Source: Thermoplasmata archaeon (GTDB taxonomy: Archaea; Thermoplasmatota; Thermoplasmata; Lutacidiplasmatales; UBA184). Taken from it: 64,000 bases of DNA. Positions 1 through 10,400 of the stretch are shown here, piece by piece. How positions within the stretch are numbered: position 1 is the stretch's first letter; each line of letters begins with the position of its first letter. Location of the stretch: contig JAGWLG010000010.1 of NCBI GenBank assembly GCA_028864975.1, forward strand, positions 17,350 through 81,349. The letters run 5' to 3'. The position numbers were made by a program, and so were the translations under genes. Below the pieces are notes generated by a model that was not told the origin of the DNA, ran no database searches, and worked only from the letters and a program-made list of their open reading frames with translations.

Positions 1-1
1 C

Positions 2-211
2 TGTCCGCTCTGTGCCGAGCCGCTCACGGGGCGCGAGACCACCTGCCCCGGCTGCCAGGCCGACCTCAAGACCTTGGAAGAGGCGAAGGAGGGGTCGACG
101 GGGCCCAACGGGGCCCAGAAGTTCTTCCGTGGCGGCGGAGCGACTAAGATGGGGGTCGTGCTGCTCATGGCGGCCGGCGCGACGTTCCTCTCCTGGTTCG
201 TCCTACGTTAG
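2..211 (+). CDS. Partial (5'-truncated) zinc-ribbon protein with C-terminal transmembrane helix
   Basis: Manual translation from base 2 gives CPLC...CPGC followed by hydrophobic MGVVLLMAAGATFLSWFVLR and TAG at 209-211. Not in the ORF track. Confidence 0.7.
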   Translation, partial: CPLCAEPLTGRETTCPGCQADLKTLEEAKEGSTGPNGAQKFFRGGGATKMGVVLLMAAGATFLSWFVLR

Positions 212-2274
212 GTCGGTCCGCGCGCAGCGGATGCGGGGTCCTTTCCCCCGGCTCCGGCCGGTCTGTCCGCTTTTCCGTTACGGGGAGGTTTCCACTCGCG
301 GGCCGGGGGACGTCGGTGGCCCGTGCCCGGCTCCGTGTTCTCCTCGGGACGCTCACGCTGCTCGTCCTCGTTGGTCCCCTTGGGCGGTCGCGGTGCCTTC
401 GGCTTCAGGCCCCCGGACCCCCTCTCTCGGCGGGCCCGTTCGAGACGGTGGACCCGGGTGCGGAGCAGGATGATTGCCCCGATGACGGCCCCGAGGCCGC
501 CCACCTCGATCAGGAAGACCGGGATGAGCTGAGGGGGCACGGGGGGCACGGTCATGGTGAGCCGGATCTGCTGGTTGTCCGAGGTCACCTGCACCCGGGA
601 GGCGGGGGCGCTGTACCCCGTGCCCTGGGCGACCGCCGAGACCTCGTAGGCCCCCACGAAGGTGTCGAGCCCCTCGAGGGTGACGACGTCCGTGGGGAGG
701 AAGTGCCCGACATCCCCCTGCGCGTTCACCCCTAGGACCACGCAGGCGACGTTCGGGACCGTGCTGCACAACGAGACCTGGACCGAGGAGGCCGGGACCG
801 AGGGTGGGGAGATGGGTAGCACGCTCACCAGCACGTAGCGGAAGACATGCACGGCGACCTCGGCGGAGACCGTACTGATCCCGGCGATGGAGGCGGAAGC
901 ACCCCCCGTTGAGACGACCGTCGGGGTCCCCCAGTTGTAGACGCTCACGTTGGCGCTCCCCAGGACCGAGATCGCGGGCGCGCTCGCGTTCGTCAGGTTC
1001 ACCCAGGGATTGTAGAAGACCATCGGGAACCCGAAGTGGGAGCTTCCGTTGGCCGTGAAGTTCCCCGTGGCCGCCGAGGTCACGGACGCGGCGCCGGGTC
1101 CGAAGCTCGAGTTCTCGACAGCCACGTTGACCGAGGAGGCGACCGCGAGGACCGAAACCTGCGCATGGGCGATCGAGAGCTGGTGCAAGGGTCGAGCGAT
1201 GGTCAGGTCGTTCACGACGACCTGGTCCGACGCGCTCCCCGTGGAACCCAGGCTCACATCGGTGGTGGCGTTGAGCGCCACGCCCGAGAGGACCGCGTCG
1301 TCCACCCCGAAGGAGGTCACGCTTTGCGGCAGGGAGAGGTTGACCACATGGACCGGCACCGACGCCGAGACCCCTTGCAGGAGGACCTCGCCCACGCTCC
1401 CGCTCACGTTCAGCCAGTGGACATCGGAGCCCGAGTCGCTGAGCTCGGAGAGGGACCCCTCGAAGGACATCCGCGTGATCCGCGCGCCCCCCGGGGTCGC
1501 GCTGGGTCCGCCCGCGCTCCCGTCCAGCACCCCCCCGTTCGCCACCTGGACGTTCCCGCCTCCGGCGGCCAGAAGGCTCCCGTTGGTGTAGAAGAACCCC
1601 CCCGCGACGGAGAGCCGGGAGAACGGGCCGAGGATGAGCGTGGAGGTGGGCGAGAGGGTCAGGTTCCCTCCGGTGTCGATCGTGAGGCTCCCGCTCACGA
1701 AGAGCCGAAGCGAGAGGCCCTTCTCCACCGAGAGGAAGGAGCTCGGTCCCACGGTGAGGCCGCCCGCGACGTTCAGGAAGAGCGTGCCGTTGCCCGAGGC
1801 GGAAGCGTTGACCACGATGCCGTCCGCCCCTGAGACCACGAGGTTGCCGCCGGCGGCGATGTCCAGGTCCTCGTTGAGGTAGCAAGGAGAAGGGGTGGCG
1901 AACCCGGGAGGGGAGGCGGTGTTGAACGTGCTGGTCAAGGGGGAGATCAGACCCTGGGCGCTGACGCAGTTCGGGAGCGGCCCCTGGGGCGTCGCCCCGA
2001 TTTCGGGGCGTGCGCTCGGGAGCGAGGCAGGGGCGGGGTCGGAGGTAGTCGCGTGCGTCACGGTTCCCCTCTCGGAGGGGGCCGCCGTCAGAGATGTCGG
2101 CGCTCCCCCCCGTGCTCCGAGGTCTCGCGGGGCCGTGCTCGCGCCGAGAGCGTGGAGCGGGCCCTCCAAGCTGCCGAGGCTCAGGAGGAGCAGAACGAAG
2201 AGCGCGAGGCAGCTCGCCGCGAAGAGGTCCCCCCTCGCTCGTGCGGGATCGGAAGGCTCGCGGACGTCGCGCAT
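208..2274 (-). CDS. Secreted/surface protein with beta-strand-rich repeats, C-terminal TM anchor and charged cytoplasmic tail
   Basis: N-terminal hydrophobic signal (LALFVLLLLSL), G/S/N/V-rich beta-helix-like body, TM segment IPVFLIEVGGLGAVIGAIILL followed by a basic tail. Confidence 0.75.
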   Translation of the reverse strand: MRDVREPSDPARARGDLFAASCLALFVLLLLSLGSLEGPLHALGASTAPRDLGARGGAPTSLTAAPSERGTVTHATTSDPAPASLPSARPEIGATPQGPLPNCVSAQGLISPLTSTFNTASPPGFATPSPCYLNEDLDIAAGGNLVVSGADGIVVNASASGNGTLFLNVAGGLTVGPSSFLSVEKGLSLRLFVSGSLTIDTGGNLTLSPTSTLILGPFSRLSVAGGFFYTNGSLLAAGGGNVQVANGGVLDGSAGGPSATPGGARITRMSFEGSLSELSDSGSDVHWLNVSGSVGEVLLQGVSASVPVHVVNLSLPQSVTSFGVDDAVLSGVALNATTDVSLGSTGSASDQVVVNDLTIARPLHQLSIAHAQVSVLAVASSVNVAVENSSFGPGAASVTSAATGNFTANGSSHFGFPMVFYNPWVNLTNASAPAISVLGSANVSVYNWGTPTVVSTGGASASIAGISTVSAEVAVHVFRYVLVSVLPISPPSVPASSVQVSLCSTVPNVACVVLGVNAQGDVGHFLPTDVVTLEGLDTFVGAYEVSAVAQGTGYSAPASRVQVTSDNQQIRLTMTVPPVPPQLIPVFLIEVGGLGAVIGAIILLRTRVHRLERARRERGSGGLKPKAPRPPKGTNEDEQRERPEENTEPGTGHRRPPAREWKPPRNGKADRPAGAGGKDPASAARGPT

Positions 2275-2370
2275 GCCCAGGGTTCGACGGGGCCTCGAAG
2301 CCCAGGGGCCCAGAGAGGAGATGAAGTTCGCCCTCGCCCTGAAGGTCGTCGCCCGCGAGCGGCCCTCGAG

Positions 2371-2376
2371 CTTAAG
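2371..2376 (+). promoter_or_regulatory. Putative TATA box of hisS (CTTAAG)
   Basis: AT-rich hexamer ~31 nt before the ATG at 2408. The same hexamer occurs at the same spacing before two other genes. Confidence 0.5.
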
Positions 2377-2407
2377 GGCGTGAACGAGGTCCAGCAGGGG
2401 AGGTCCG

Positions 2408-3799
2408 ATGCCGTTCCAGGCTCTGCGGGGGTTCCGGGACTACCTGCCCGCGGACGCGGCCGCCCGTCGCGCGATCTTCGACACCGTCCGGTCGGTCACC
2501 CGCCGCTACGGCTTTGACGAGGTGGAGACCCCCAGCGTCGAGTCGCTCGAGCTGTTCAAGGTGAAGAGCGGAGAGGGGATCGTCGACGAGACCTTCTCGT
2601 TCAAGGACAAGGGCGGCCGGGAGGTCACCCTCGTCCCCGAGATCACCCCGTCCGTGGCGCGGATCTACGTCGACCGGGCGAAGATCGAACCCCTTCCCGT
2701 CAAGTGGTTCTCGGTGCAGAGGCTCTGGCGGTACGAGGAGCCTCAGTCCGGAAGGACCCGGGAGTTCTCCCAGGTCAACCTGGACATCCTGGGGGTCCCT
2801 GGTGTCGAGGGTGAGCTGGAGGTCCTTGCGGTCACGCGGCAGGTCATGGAGGAGATCGGGCTCGGCGGTCGCTATGTCTTCCGCACGAGCGACCGAAGGC
2901 TCGTGGAGGGGCTGGGAAGGGCGCTCGGGGCGAAGGAGACGGACCCTTTCTTCCGTGCGCTCGATCGGAGGGAGAAGCTCCCCTCCTCGGAGTTCCAGGG
3001 AGAGCTCGCGAAGGCCGGGCTCGGAGAGGACGCCCGAGGCCGTCTCACGAAGCTCCTGACGGACTGCGGCCCCGGCTTGTCCCCGAAGGAGGCCCCACGG
3101 GTGCTCGAGGAGGTCCGCGCGTGGCCTGGTCTGGGCGAGGAGGGCGTCCGGGGGGTCGAAGCGCTCCTCGAGCTCTTCCGTCGGGCCCAGGGCACCGAGC
3201 TCGAAGAGGTCCTGGTGTTCTACCCCTCCCTGGTCCGAGGACTGGCCTACTACACGTCCACCGTGTTCGAGGCGTGGGCCCGGACCGGGGAGGTCCGCGC
3301 CTTGTTCGGCGGGGGGCGCTACGACAAGCTGGTCGAGCTCTTCGGGGGCCCGAGCGTCCCCGCCTGCGGGCTGGCGATCGGGGACCAGACCCTCGAGATC
3401 CTCATGCGCGAGGCGAAGATCTGGCCCGAGCGCCCGCCCGGTCTCGACGTGTACGTCGCCACGGTCGACCCCTCCCTCGCGCCGCAAGCAAGGACGTGGG
3501 CGGAGCGACTCCGGAAGGAAGGGTTCCTGACCGACTACGACCTGCTCGCCCGACCCCTGTCGCGCCAGATGAAGGAAGGAGGGAGGCGCGGAGCTCGGTC
3601 GATCGTGCTCCTGGGTCCCCGAGAGCTCGCGAAGGGCGAGGTCACGCTCAGAAATATGCGGACCGGTCAACAGGTCGCCGTCGCTTCTGGGGAGGTTGTG
3701 CCGTTACTGAAGGCCGATGCGGATGTCGGGTCACCCTCGGCCGCTCCCGCTCGATCTCCCGCTCGGCCGTCTCCTCCGGGGACCTCGAGCGTACCGTAG
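2408..3799 (+). CDS. hisS: Histidine--tRNA ligase
   Basis: RGFRDY N-terminus, WRYEEPQSGRTREFSQ (motif 2), VRGLAYY, GGGRYD and a C-terminal anticodon-binding domain. Confidence 0.97.
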   Translation: MPFQALRGFRDYLPADAAARRAIFDTVRSVTRRYGFDEVETPSVESLELFKVKSGEGIVDETFSFKDKGGREVTLVPEITPSVARIYVDRAKIEPLPVKWFSVQRLWRYEEPQSGRTREFSQVNLDILGVPGVEGELEVLAVTRQVMEEIGLGGRYVFRTSDRRLVEGLGRALGAKETDPFFRALDRREKLPSSEFQGELAKAGLGEDARGRLTKLLTDCGPGLSPKEAPRVLEEVRAWPGLGEEGVRGVEALLELFRRAQGTELEEVLVFYPSLVRGLAYYTSTVFEAWARTGEVRALFGGGRYDKLVELFGGPSVPACGLAIGDQTLEILMREAKIWPERPPGLDVYVATVDPSLAPQARTWAERLRKEGFLTDYDLLARPLSRQMKEGGRRGARSIVLLGPRELAKGEVTLRNMRTGQQVAVASGEVVPLLKADADVGSPSAAPARSPARPSPPGTSSVP

Positions 3800-4622
3800 C
3801 GCCCGGTGCCGCCGCGTCCCTTCGGGGTGGGCGCGAGGGGACGTGGGACTCGGTCCAGGGGCGGGGGGCCAGCCCTTCGAGCGTCTCGCCATCGTAGAGG
3901 AGGATCCCGGGGGGGCTCTCGGCTCCTCGGGTGTGGCCGTGCCAGTAGACGACCGCCCCCTCCCCGAACATGTGCGTGTAGGGTTCGAGCTGCTTGCGCA
4001 GGTTGCGTCTGAGCTCCACATCGTCCCCGAAGTTCGCCTTCGATTCGATCCAGCAGACCTTCTGTCCGTCCAGGACGATGGGATGATCGAGCAGCGCGTC
4101 GGGGGTCTTCGCGAACTTCCCTCTCAGGTCCTTTTCGGTCCGGTAGGTCAACCCATGCTTCTTCAGCCAGTTCGCGAGGCGGGTCTCGCCCTTGATCCCC
4201 CGGGCCCGCTGGATCTCTCCGCCCTTGGGCGAGTAGACCCAGTCCGCCTCGAGTACCTCTATGACCTCGCGACGCAGGCGGGCGTCGGGGATGGCCTCCG
4301 GTCGCCGGAAGGCGTCCCAAAAGGTCCGTCGCGGGGTCTGGCGGGCCTTCTCGATGAGCTGGGCCATCAGCACCGGGGGGAAGCGGTACTGCCGCGCGAG
4401 GTCGAGGTAGCTCCGCCCCCGGTCCCACTCCTTGAGGAGCCGAGGGGCATCCTTCTGGACCACGTAGAACCGCTTGGTCGCGTCGCGGGTGACCCGGTGG
4501 GTGTAGATGACCATGAGAAGGTCCGGGTCGATCCCTTGCTCCCGGGCGATCCTGTCGACGTCCTCGTACTCCCGGAGCTGCCTCGAGAGCGATTGGTACT
4601 CGTCGCGGGAGAGCATTGTCAT
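3648..4622 (-). CDS. TPD-domain (CDIN1/C15orf41-like) PD-(D/E)xK nuclease-fold protein
   Basis: GIKGETRL...TEKDLRGKFAKTPD...CWIESKANFGD...QLEPY...FGEGAVVYWHG matches the C15orf41/TPD family pattern. Start set at MTMLSRDEY. Confidence 0.85.
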   Translation of the reverse strand: MTMLSRDEYQSLSRQLREYEDVDRIAREQGIDPDLLMVIYTHRVTRDATKRFYVVQKDAPRLLKEWDRGRSYLDLARQYRFPPVLMAQLIEKARQTPRRTFWDAFRRPEAIPDARLRREVIEVLEADWVYSPKGGEIQRARGIKGETRLANWLKKHGLTYRTEKDLRGKFAKTPDALLDHPIVLDGQKVCWIESKANFGDDVELRRNLRKQLEPYTHMFGEGAVVYWHGHTRGAESPPGILLYDGETLEGLAPRPWTESHVPSRPPRRDAAAPGATVRSRSPEETAEREIERERPRVTRHPHRPSVTAQPPQKRRRPVDRSAYF

Positions 4623-4752
4623 GGTGGGGGAAGGACCGTTCGGCCGCTCCGAAGACGGACCGCGCTTAACGGTAAGGGTCCGTCCACCCCCCGGGTAGCC
4701 TCCAGCCATGGTTCCCACCGGGCGAGAACCCGTGTCTGGCGAAGCAGACTAG

Positions 4753-4770
4753 TGTTGACATGCGTCAGCA
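4753..4770. promoter_or_regulatory. Inverted repeat TGTTGAC-ATGC-GTCAGCA, putative operator
   Basis: 7-bp arms with one mismatch, overlapping the ATG of the HTH-like remnant at 4770. Confidence 0.4.
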
Positions 4771-4886
4771 TGAGGCTCCCCCATCCGCTCGAGGACATCC
4801 TCTCCAACCGTTCGCGAATCCGCGTGGCCAGGGTTCTGCTCTCCATACGCGGGCGGAGTAGCCGACGGGCATCGGTGCTTCCTTGA
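4770..4886 (+). pseudogene. Truncated N-terminus of a winged-HTH (possibly HTH-nucleotidyltransferase) protein
   Basis: MRLPHPLEDILSNRSRIRVARVLL resembles the first helices of ArsR-like wHTH proteins. It ends after 38 aa, directly against the stop of the convergent gene. Confidence 0.4.
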
Positions 4887-5618
4887 CTAAAGTGTCGTGG
4901 AGCCCACGACCGTCTGTCCATTCAAGCCGTAGACCGCGAGTGACGCCTGAACGAGATTCACGCTGGGCGAAGCGACCAGGAGAAGGGTTTGACCCCCGGA
5001 GATGGTCACGGGCGCCGGCAGCGCGGAGAGGGAGGTGCATGGAGCCGCAGGGGGGCCCGTGCACTGTTGCCACCCCGCGCCCGAGAAGATGGCCCAGTTG
5101 CTGCCGGTCGAGCCAGGCGGGATGAGGAGGACGTACCAGCCCGCCGGGGCAGGAAACGCATAGCAGGTGCCGCTCGCTGAGGTCGACGCCGTTCCCGGCG
5201 CGGTCGATGAGGACCGGCCCGACTCGGTAAGCGACAGACCGAAATCCGAGGTGACGAGGGTGTGAGTAGTCCCACCGAGGCCGATGTTGAAGGTATTGTC
5301 GGGGCTCCCATCGGCAAGACACGTTCCCGCCGAGCCGGCGGTCATGGAGACGGAGACCGGCGAGGGACTGTTGGGGCTCCCGAGCATGTTCCCCTCGAGG
5401 ACGTGCAGGATGGCGGATAGGACAATGGAACTGACGACGAAGAGGACAACGACGAGGATCACGATCGTGACGACGTTGCTTTCCTTCTTAGGCGGCAGGG
5501 ATGCGACGGGGACAAGCACGTACTGAACGGCCGTCGGAGGGGGGGGAGGCGGGGGAGGGGGCAGATAGGGGGGCGGGGGCTCGGCGCTCACGCCTGAACC
5601 ATGGTCATGCCCCCTCAT
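4887..5618 (-). CDS. Membrane-anchored pilin/archaellin-like protein with Pro-rich N-terminus
   Basis: Poly-Pro stretch, then KKESNVVTIVILVVVLFVVSSIVLSAILHVL (resembles the archaeal pilin N-terminal helix), then an S/T/G-rich beta domain with 4 Cys. Confidence 0.6.
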   Translation of the reverse strand: MRGHDHGSGVSAEPPPPYLPPPPPPPPPTAVQYVLVPVASLPPKKESNVVTIVILVVVLFVVSSIVLSAILHVLEGNMLGSPNSPSPVSVSMTAGSAGTCLADGSPDNTFNIGLGGTTHTLVTSDFGLSLTESGRSSSTAPGTASTSASGTCYAFPAPAGWYVLLIPPGSTGSNWAIFSGAGWQQCTGPPAAPCTSLSALPAPVTISGGQTLLLVASPSVNLVQASLAVYGLNGQTVVGSTTL

Positions 5619-5628
5619 CGGCCCTTCG

Positions 5629-6435
5629 CTAGTCCCTCCAGTCGAGCCCAAGCGTCCTGAGCATGAGCTTCGGGATGGGCGGAGGTCGGCGCTTGTGGCG
5701 AAAGGTCCTCACGCGCCCCACGATGGCCTCGACGCGGTCCAAGGGGACCCCGGTCGCCCGTGCGATCTCCTCGGGCTCGAGCAATCGCTCCAGGCCGAAG
5801 AGGATCTGGTCGAGCATCGCATAGGGCATCCCTAGCTCCTCCTCGTCGGTCTGTCCCTCCCAGAGCCCGGCCGTCGGAGCCCGCTCTCGGACGCTCTTCG
5901 GAAGCTCGAGCTCCGCCGCGAGGTCCCACACCGAGGTCTTGTAGAGGTCCCCGATCGGCAGCAGGTCCACGCCACCGTCCCCGTACTTGGTGAAGTAGCC
6001 CAACAAGAGCTCCGACTTGTTGCCGGTCCCGGCCACGAGGGCGCCTCGACGGCGCGCCTCCTGGTACCAGACGACCATGCGCAGTCGGGCCTTCAGGTTC
6101 CCGCGGGCGACACGGTCATCCGTTTCCAGAAGCGGAAGGAACGGGATCTCGAGCGGAGCCAGTTCCACCTCGCTGAACCCCACGCGCAGGTCGCGGGCGT
6201 AATCGGCGACCTCCGCACGGAGCGCGGGGGGAGTGCGCTCGTCGGGTATCGAGACCGCCCAGACCCTCGAGGGGCCGAGCGCATCCTTCGACAGGCGGAG
6301 CACGAGGGCGCTGTCGATGCCCCCGCTCGATCCGATGACCACGCCCTTCGCTCCCGCCTCGCGCACGTGGGCCCGGAGAAAGCGGTGGATCGTCTCCCGA
6401 GCATGGGTCGGGAGCCGAGGGACGAGGGAGTCCAT
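5629..6435 (-). CDS. nadE: NH3-dependent NAD+ synthetase
   Basis: SGGIDS, GNLKARLRM, GTGNKSE, GYFTKYGDG, PTAGLWEGQTDE, HKR. Confidence 0.97.
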   Translation of the reverse strand: MDSLVPRLPTHARETIHRFLRAHVREAGAKGVVIGSSGGIDSALVLRLSKDALGPSRVWAVSIPDERTPPALRAEVADYARDLRVGFSEVELAPLEIPFLPLLETDDRVARGNLKARLRMVVWYQEARRRGALVAGTGNKSELLLGYFTKYGDGGVDLLPIGDLYKTSVWDLAAELELPKSVRERAPTAGLWEGQTDEEELGMPYAMLDQILFGLERLLEPEEIARATGVPLDRVEAIVGRVRTFRHKRRPPPIPKLMLRTLGLDWRD

Positions 6436-6511
6436 GGGCGAGCGACCCTGCGCTCATCGTGCATATCGTTTCTTCGGCGCGCCCGGGACGCGTCGTCGAT
6501 CGAGGTGTCGA

Positions 6512-7414
6512 CTAGAGCCCGGGTTCCTCTGTGGGAGCCGCGCGCTCCGGCGCTTTCGCGGGTGCGGGGGAGGAAGCGTCGGAGGGAGGAGAGGTCGGAG
6601 GGACCGCAGGAGGGGCCGAGGGAGGGACAGAGCGCCCCAACCCCGCGACCCGTGGCAGCCGGCGGAGCGCCTCGAAATAGGCGACAGCCAAAAGCCCATA
6701 GCTGACGAAGAGGGGCGAGAGGAAGTACGTGAGCGGCCCGAAGTCGGTGAAGAGCCATATCGGGGCGGTGAAAAAGGCCACGAAGAGGGTCGTGAACTGC
6801 GCCCCGATCATCGCCCCCGCGAGGATGGCCACGCCGAGCGACCAGCCGAAGCCGCTCCAGGCAAGCACCTTCCCGGATCGCCCGACCAGATGATCGACCA
6901 GAACGGCGAGTCCCAAGAAGAAGTTCGCGATGGCGAGCGCGATGAGCCCTCCGATGGTCCAGGCCACCACCGGCGGGGTCGAAGAGGCGGCGGCGGCACC
7001 GTGCACGCTCCCCAAAACTGCGATGCCGAGCACCGCGACCCCGAAGATGGCCGCCGCCGTCCACAGGAACTTGTGCCCGCGGTGGATGTTCTTCCGATGA
7101 AGGTCCGTCCACTCGTGACGACCGCGGTACATGACGTAGAAGCCGAAGATGGTGGTGGCGAGACCGAGATAGGTGAACCCCACCCACCCGGGTTGGTTCA
7201 CATCGTAGCTGACGAACTGGTAGATCTCGGTGGCACCTTCGATGGTGAACCCGATGAGGAACGTCGCGAGGGCCAGTCGGATCGTCTCGGTCAAGAACCG
7301 GCTCCCGTCGAGGCTCTCGCGCGCGATCCTCCACGGCCGAGCGACGGGGACCTTGCGCCCCACGGGCCTTCCGCGCCGGGGGATTCCTGCATTCAGAGGT
7401 CGATAGTGGGCCAA
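6512..7414 (-). CDS. Multi-pass membrane protein of unknown function
   Basis: About 6 hydrophobic segments and a Pro-rich C-tail. Start uncertain (GTG at 7363 is possible). Confidence 0.7.
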   Translation of the reverse strand: MAHYRPLNAGIPRRGRPVGRKVPVARPWRIARESLDGSRFLTETIRLALATFLIGFTIEGATEIYQFVSYDVNQPGWVGFTYLGLATTIFGFYVMYRGRHEWTDLHRKNIHRGHKFLWTAAAIFGVAVLGIAVLGSVHGAAAASSTPPVVAWTIGGLIALAIANFFLGLAVLVDHLVGRSGKVLAWSGFGWSLGVAILAGAMIGAQFTTLFVAFFTAPIWLFTDFGPLTYFLSPLFVSYGLLAVAYFEALRRLPRVAGLGRSVPPSAPPAVPPTSPPSDASSPAPAKAPERAAPTEEPGL

Positions 7415-7449
7415 CGATAAAGTGGCTGGGGTCCCTCCCCGCGGAGCGC

Positions 7450-10400
7450 ATGGCGGAGCCCGAGCCCGGGACCGTTCCTGGATCGGCGTCTGCCAAGGCC
7501 GTCAGGAACGCCCCTGGCATGCAGGATCGTCTCCCAGTGCCCTCGGAGGGGCTCGTAGGACGGAGCGAGGAGCTCTCGCACCTTCGGGGGCGCCTGACCG
7601 AGGTCCGAAGCGGCCGAGGGCATGCCTTGCTCCTGACCGGACCTGGAGGGATGGGCAAGACCCACCTGCTCCGATGGCTTGACCGAGCGGCATCGGACCA
7701 AGGGTTCCAGGTGCGATGGGGAACGTGCCTCAAGGAGGCTGTCGCGCCCTTCTTCGCCTTCGAGCAGGTCTTCCGACGGGTCGAGGGGCGCGAGGAGGCG
7801 GTGCCGCACGACGTCGGGACCGATCTCGGAGGGAGCTTGCCTCCCTTCCTGCTCATCGAAGAGGACCGTCCGACCGCTTCCCGAACGCGATGGTCGGCCG
7901 CAAAGGATCCCTCGCTCCTCCTGGTCGTCTCGCGCGACAGTGCGTCCACTCTAGCTTTCCGCGGGACGCCCCTTCCCCCCGCCGCCCATCTCCTCCGGAT
8001 GAGCCGTATCGGCGAGGAGGACTGCGTCCCTCCCGGACAACTGGACCTCCTTGGGGAGCGCACCTCGGCCCACCTACGTCGCGCCCCCGGGTCGATCGTG
8101 TCGCTGGAGGGGGCCGAGTACCTGGTGAGCCAGAACACCTTCGCGGGCTTCCTCCAGCTGGTCCAGTACCTACGCGACGTGGCCCAAGAGTCGGGAGGCC
8201 ACCTCGTGCTTTCGCTCAACCCCGAGGCCTTCGACCCTCGCGAGGTCTCACGGTTGGAGGCCGAGGCGGAGGTGCTCCGCCTGCGCCGGAGCGCCAAGGG
8301 TCACGGTCCCGACGCCCAAGGTGCCGACCGAGACTCGGAACCTCCGGCGGCGACGCTACTGCGCTACCTGGGAAGCTTGGAGTCCTCCGCGGCCCGGGCA
8401 CCTCAGCTCGTGGTCCTGGATGACCTCCACTGGGCAGACCCTTCGACGGGGCTGGCTTTCCAGTTCCTTGCCAGGAACTGCCGGGACCTTCCGGTGCTCC
8501 TCGTCGGAGCTGCGCGAGGGGAGGAGGTCTCCGAGGTGGTCACGGCGGAAGGGACCTCGCTCGGGGACCGTCTGGAGTCGATGGAGCGCGATGGCGTGCT
8601 GGAACGGCTTGTCCTGACGCCCTTCCTTGCCGCCGACGTGTACGCGCTCGCCGCACGCGTGCTCGGCTCCCGGCTCGCCGCGGGGTCGGATCCCGAGGTC
8701 TCCGAGCTCCTTCGCAGGACCGAGGGGAACCCGTACTTCCTTCGCGAGACGTTGCTCCAGCTCCGCGAGGACGGCGCCCTCCGAGTCGCCCCGGGAGGTG
8801 AGCTGCGCTTCGAGCGGTCTCGGACGGCCCACGGCCCTCCATTGCGGCTCCCTACGAGCCTCAAACGCCTCGTGCTCCGGCGCCTCTCGGCCCTCTCCCC
8901 TGAGGACCGTGGGCTGCTGGCGACCGCGGCCGCCGCGGGGAGCATCTTCGATGTCGCACCGGTGGCGGCGGTCCTGGGTCGGGATGCGGAGCAGGTCGAG
9001 GCTCGGTTCGAGGAGCTCTCCACACGTCATCGACTGCTCGAGAGGGCGGGAGGGGACCGGGCGCGGGAGTCGGACCGATGGGAGTTCTCCCATCCGCTCG
9101 TATGGGAGGCCACCTGGGAGGAGCTCGGCGTCGCGGGCCAGCGGCGAGAAGCACGCCGACTCTTCGCTTGGTGGTCAGAGGTCCGGTCGGACGAGGTGGA
9201 GTCGCTCGCGGCGCTAGGCCACGCGACCGGCGATCCCGCCCTGGGGCGACCCTGGCTCTCCCGGGCCTTCGGGCGCGCGATGGGTCGCGCGGCTCTCGAG
9301 ACCGCGAGCACCTACCTGCTCTGGGCGGCGGACCTGCGGCGGAGCGGGAGCGCGCCGATGGACCGGGACCTTCTCGAGGAAGAGGTGGGATTCGCCTGGC
9401 GCGTCGCTCAATCGGGTGGGGGGCGTCTGGTTCGACCCGCGCTCGAACGTCTTCTCTCAGAGCCTCTGCCGAGCTCCGTCCGGTGGGAGGCGACCTCGGC
9501 GCTGGTCTCCGGGCTCCTCACGATCGATTCCGAAGAGGCGGCGCGGGTCCTGGACGGGCTGGGGTCGGAGATCGCGCGGGCGGGAGATGCGGTCCCCTCC
9601 TCCGTCCGTCATCGCGTGGAGGCCGTTACCGTGAGCCTGAAGGCCCAGCAGGACCGCAACCAGGAGACCCTCGACCACGCGCTGCCGTTGCTCGCGATCC
9701 CTCCGGAGGAGATCGACCCCGACCTGCGAGCGATGATGGTCGTCGCGACCGTCAACGCCCAGGTGTACCTGGGTCGCCCCGTGGAGGCGGAGGCGCTCCT
9801 TCGGGCCGAGACCCCTCGACTGCTGCAACTGGGCGACATGGGTCTCGCCCGGGTCGAGAACCTGCGGATGATCTTCGCGCGTCTTTCGGGGGACGAGAAG
9901 GAGGCGATCCGTGCGGGTCGTGCCGCTCAAGATGCCCTGTGGCGTGCCGGCCGTGTGCTGGGGGCGGGCATCGCCGAGTACAACCTCGGGGGGGCCCTGG
10001 TCGAGCTCGGCCGCCTCGAGGAGGCGGATGGCATGGCCGAACGGTTGCTCGACCTCGGCAAGAAGTTCGACATGCCACGCCTGCGCTGCAGCGGGAGCTA
10101 CCTCAGGGCCGAGGTCCTGGTGGCGCGGGAGGCCTGGGCGGAAGCGCGCCCCTGGTCGGAGAGCGCCCTGAGGGACGCCGAGTCGATGAAGCGAGAGGAT
10201 GACCTGCTCGACTGCCGAGTGCTCCACACGCAGGTGCGGGGCCACCTCGGAGAGCTCGACACGGCCGTCCAAGCGCTGCAACAGATGGACCGGGACGGGG
10301 CCTTCTCCTCCCCCGCGAACGCTGCCGCCTATCTCGAGAAGCTTGCCGACCTCCTGGAGTTGCAGGGAGCGAAGGAGGAGTCCGCGACCGTATGGCGCAG

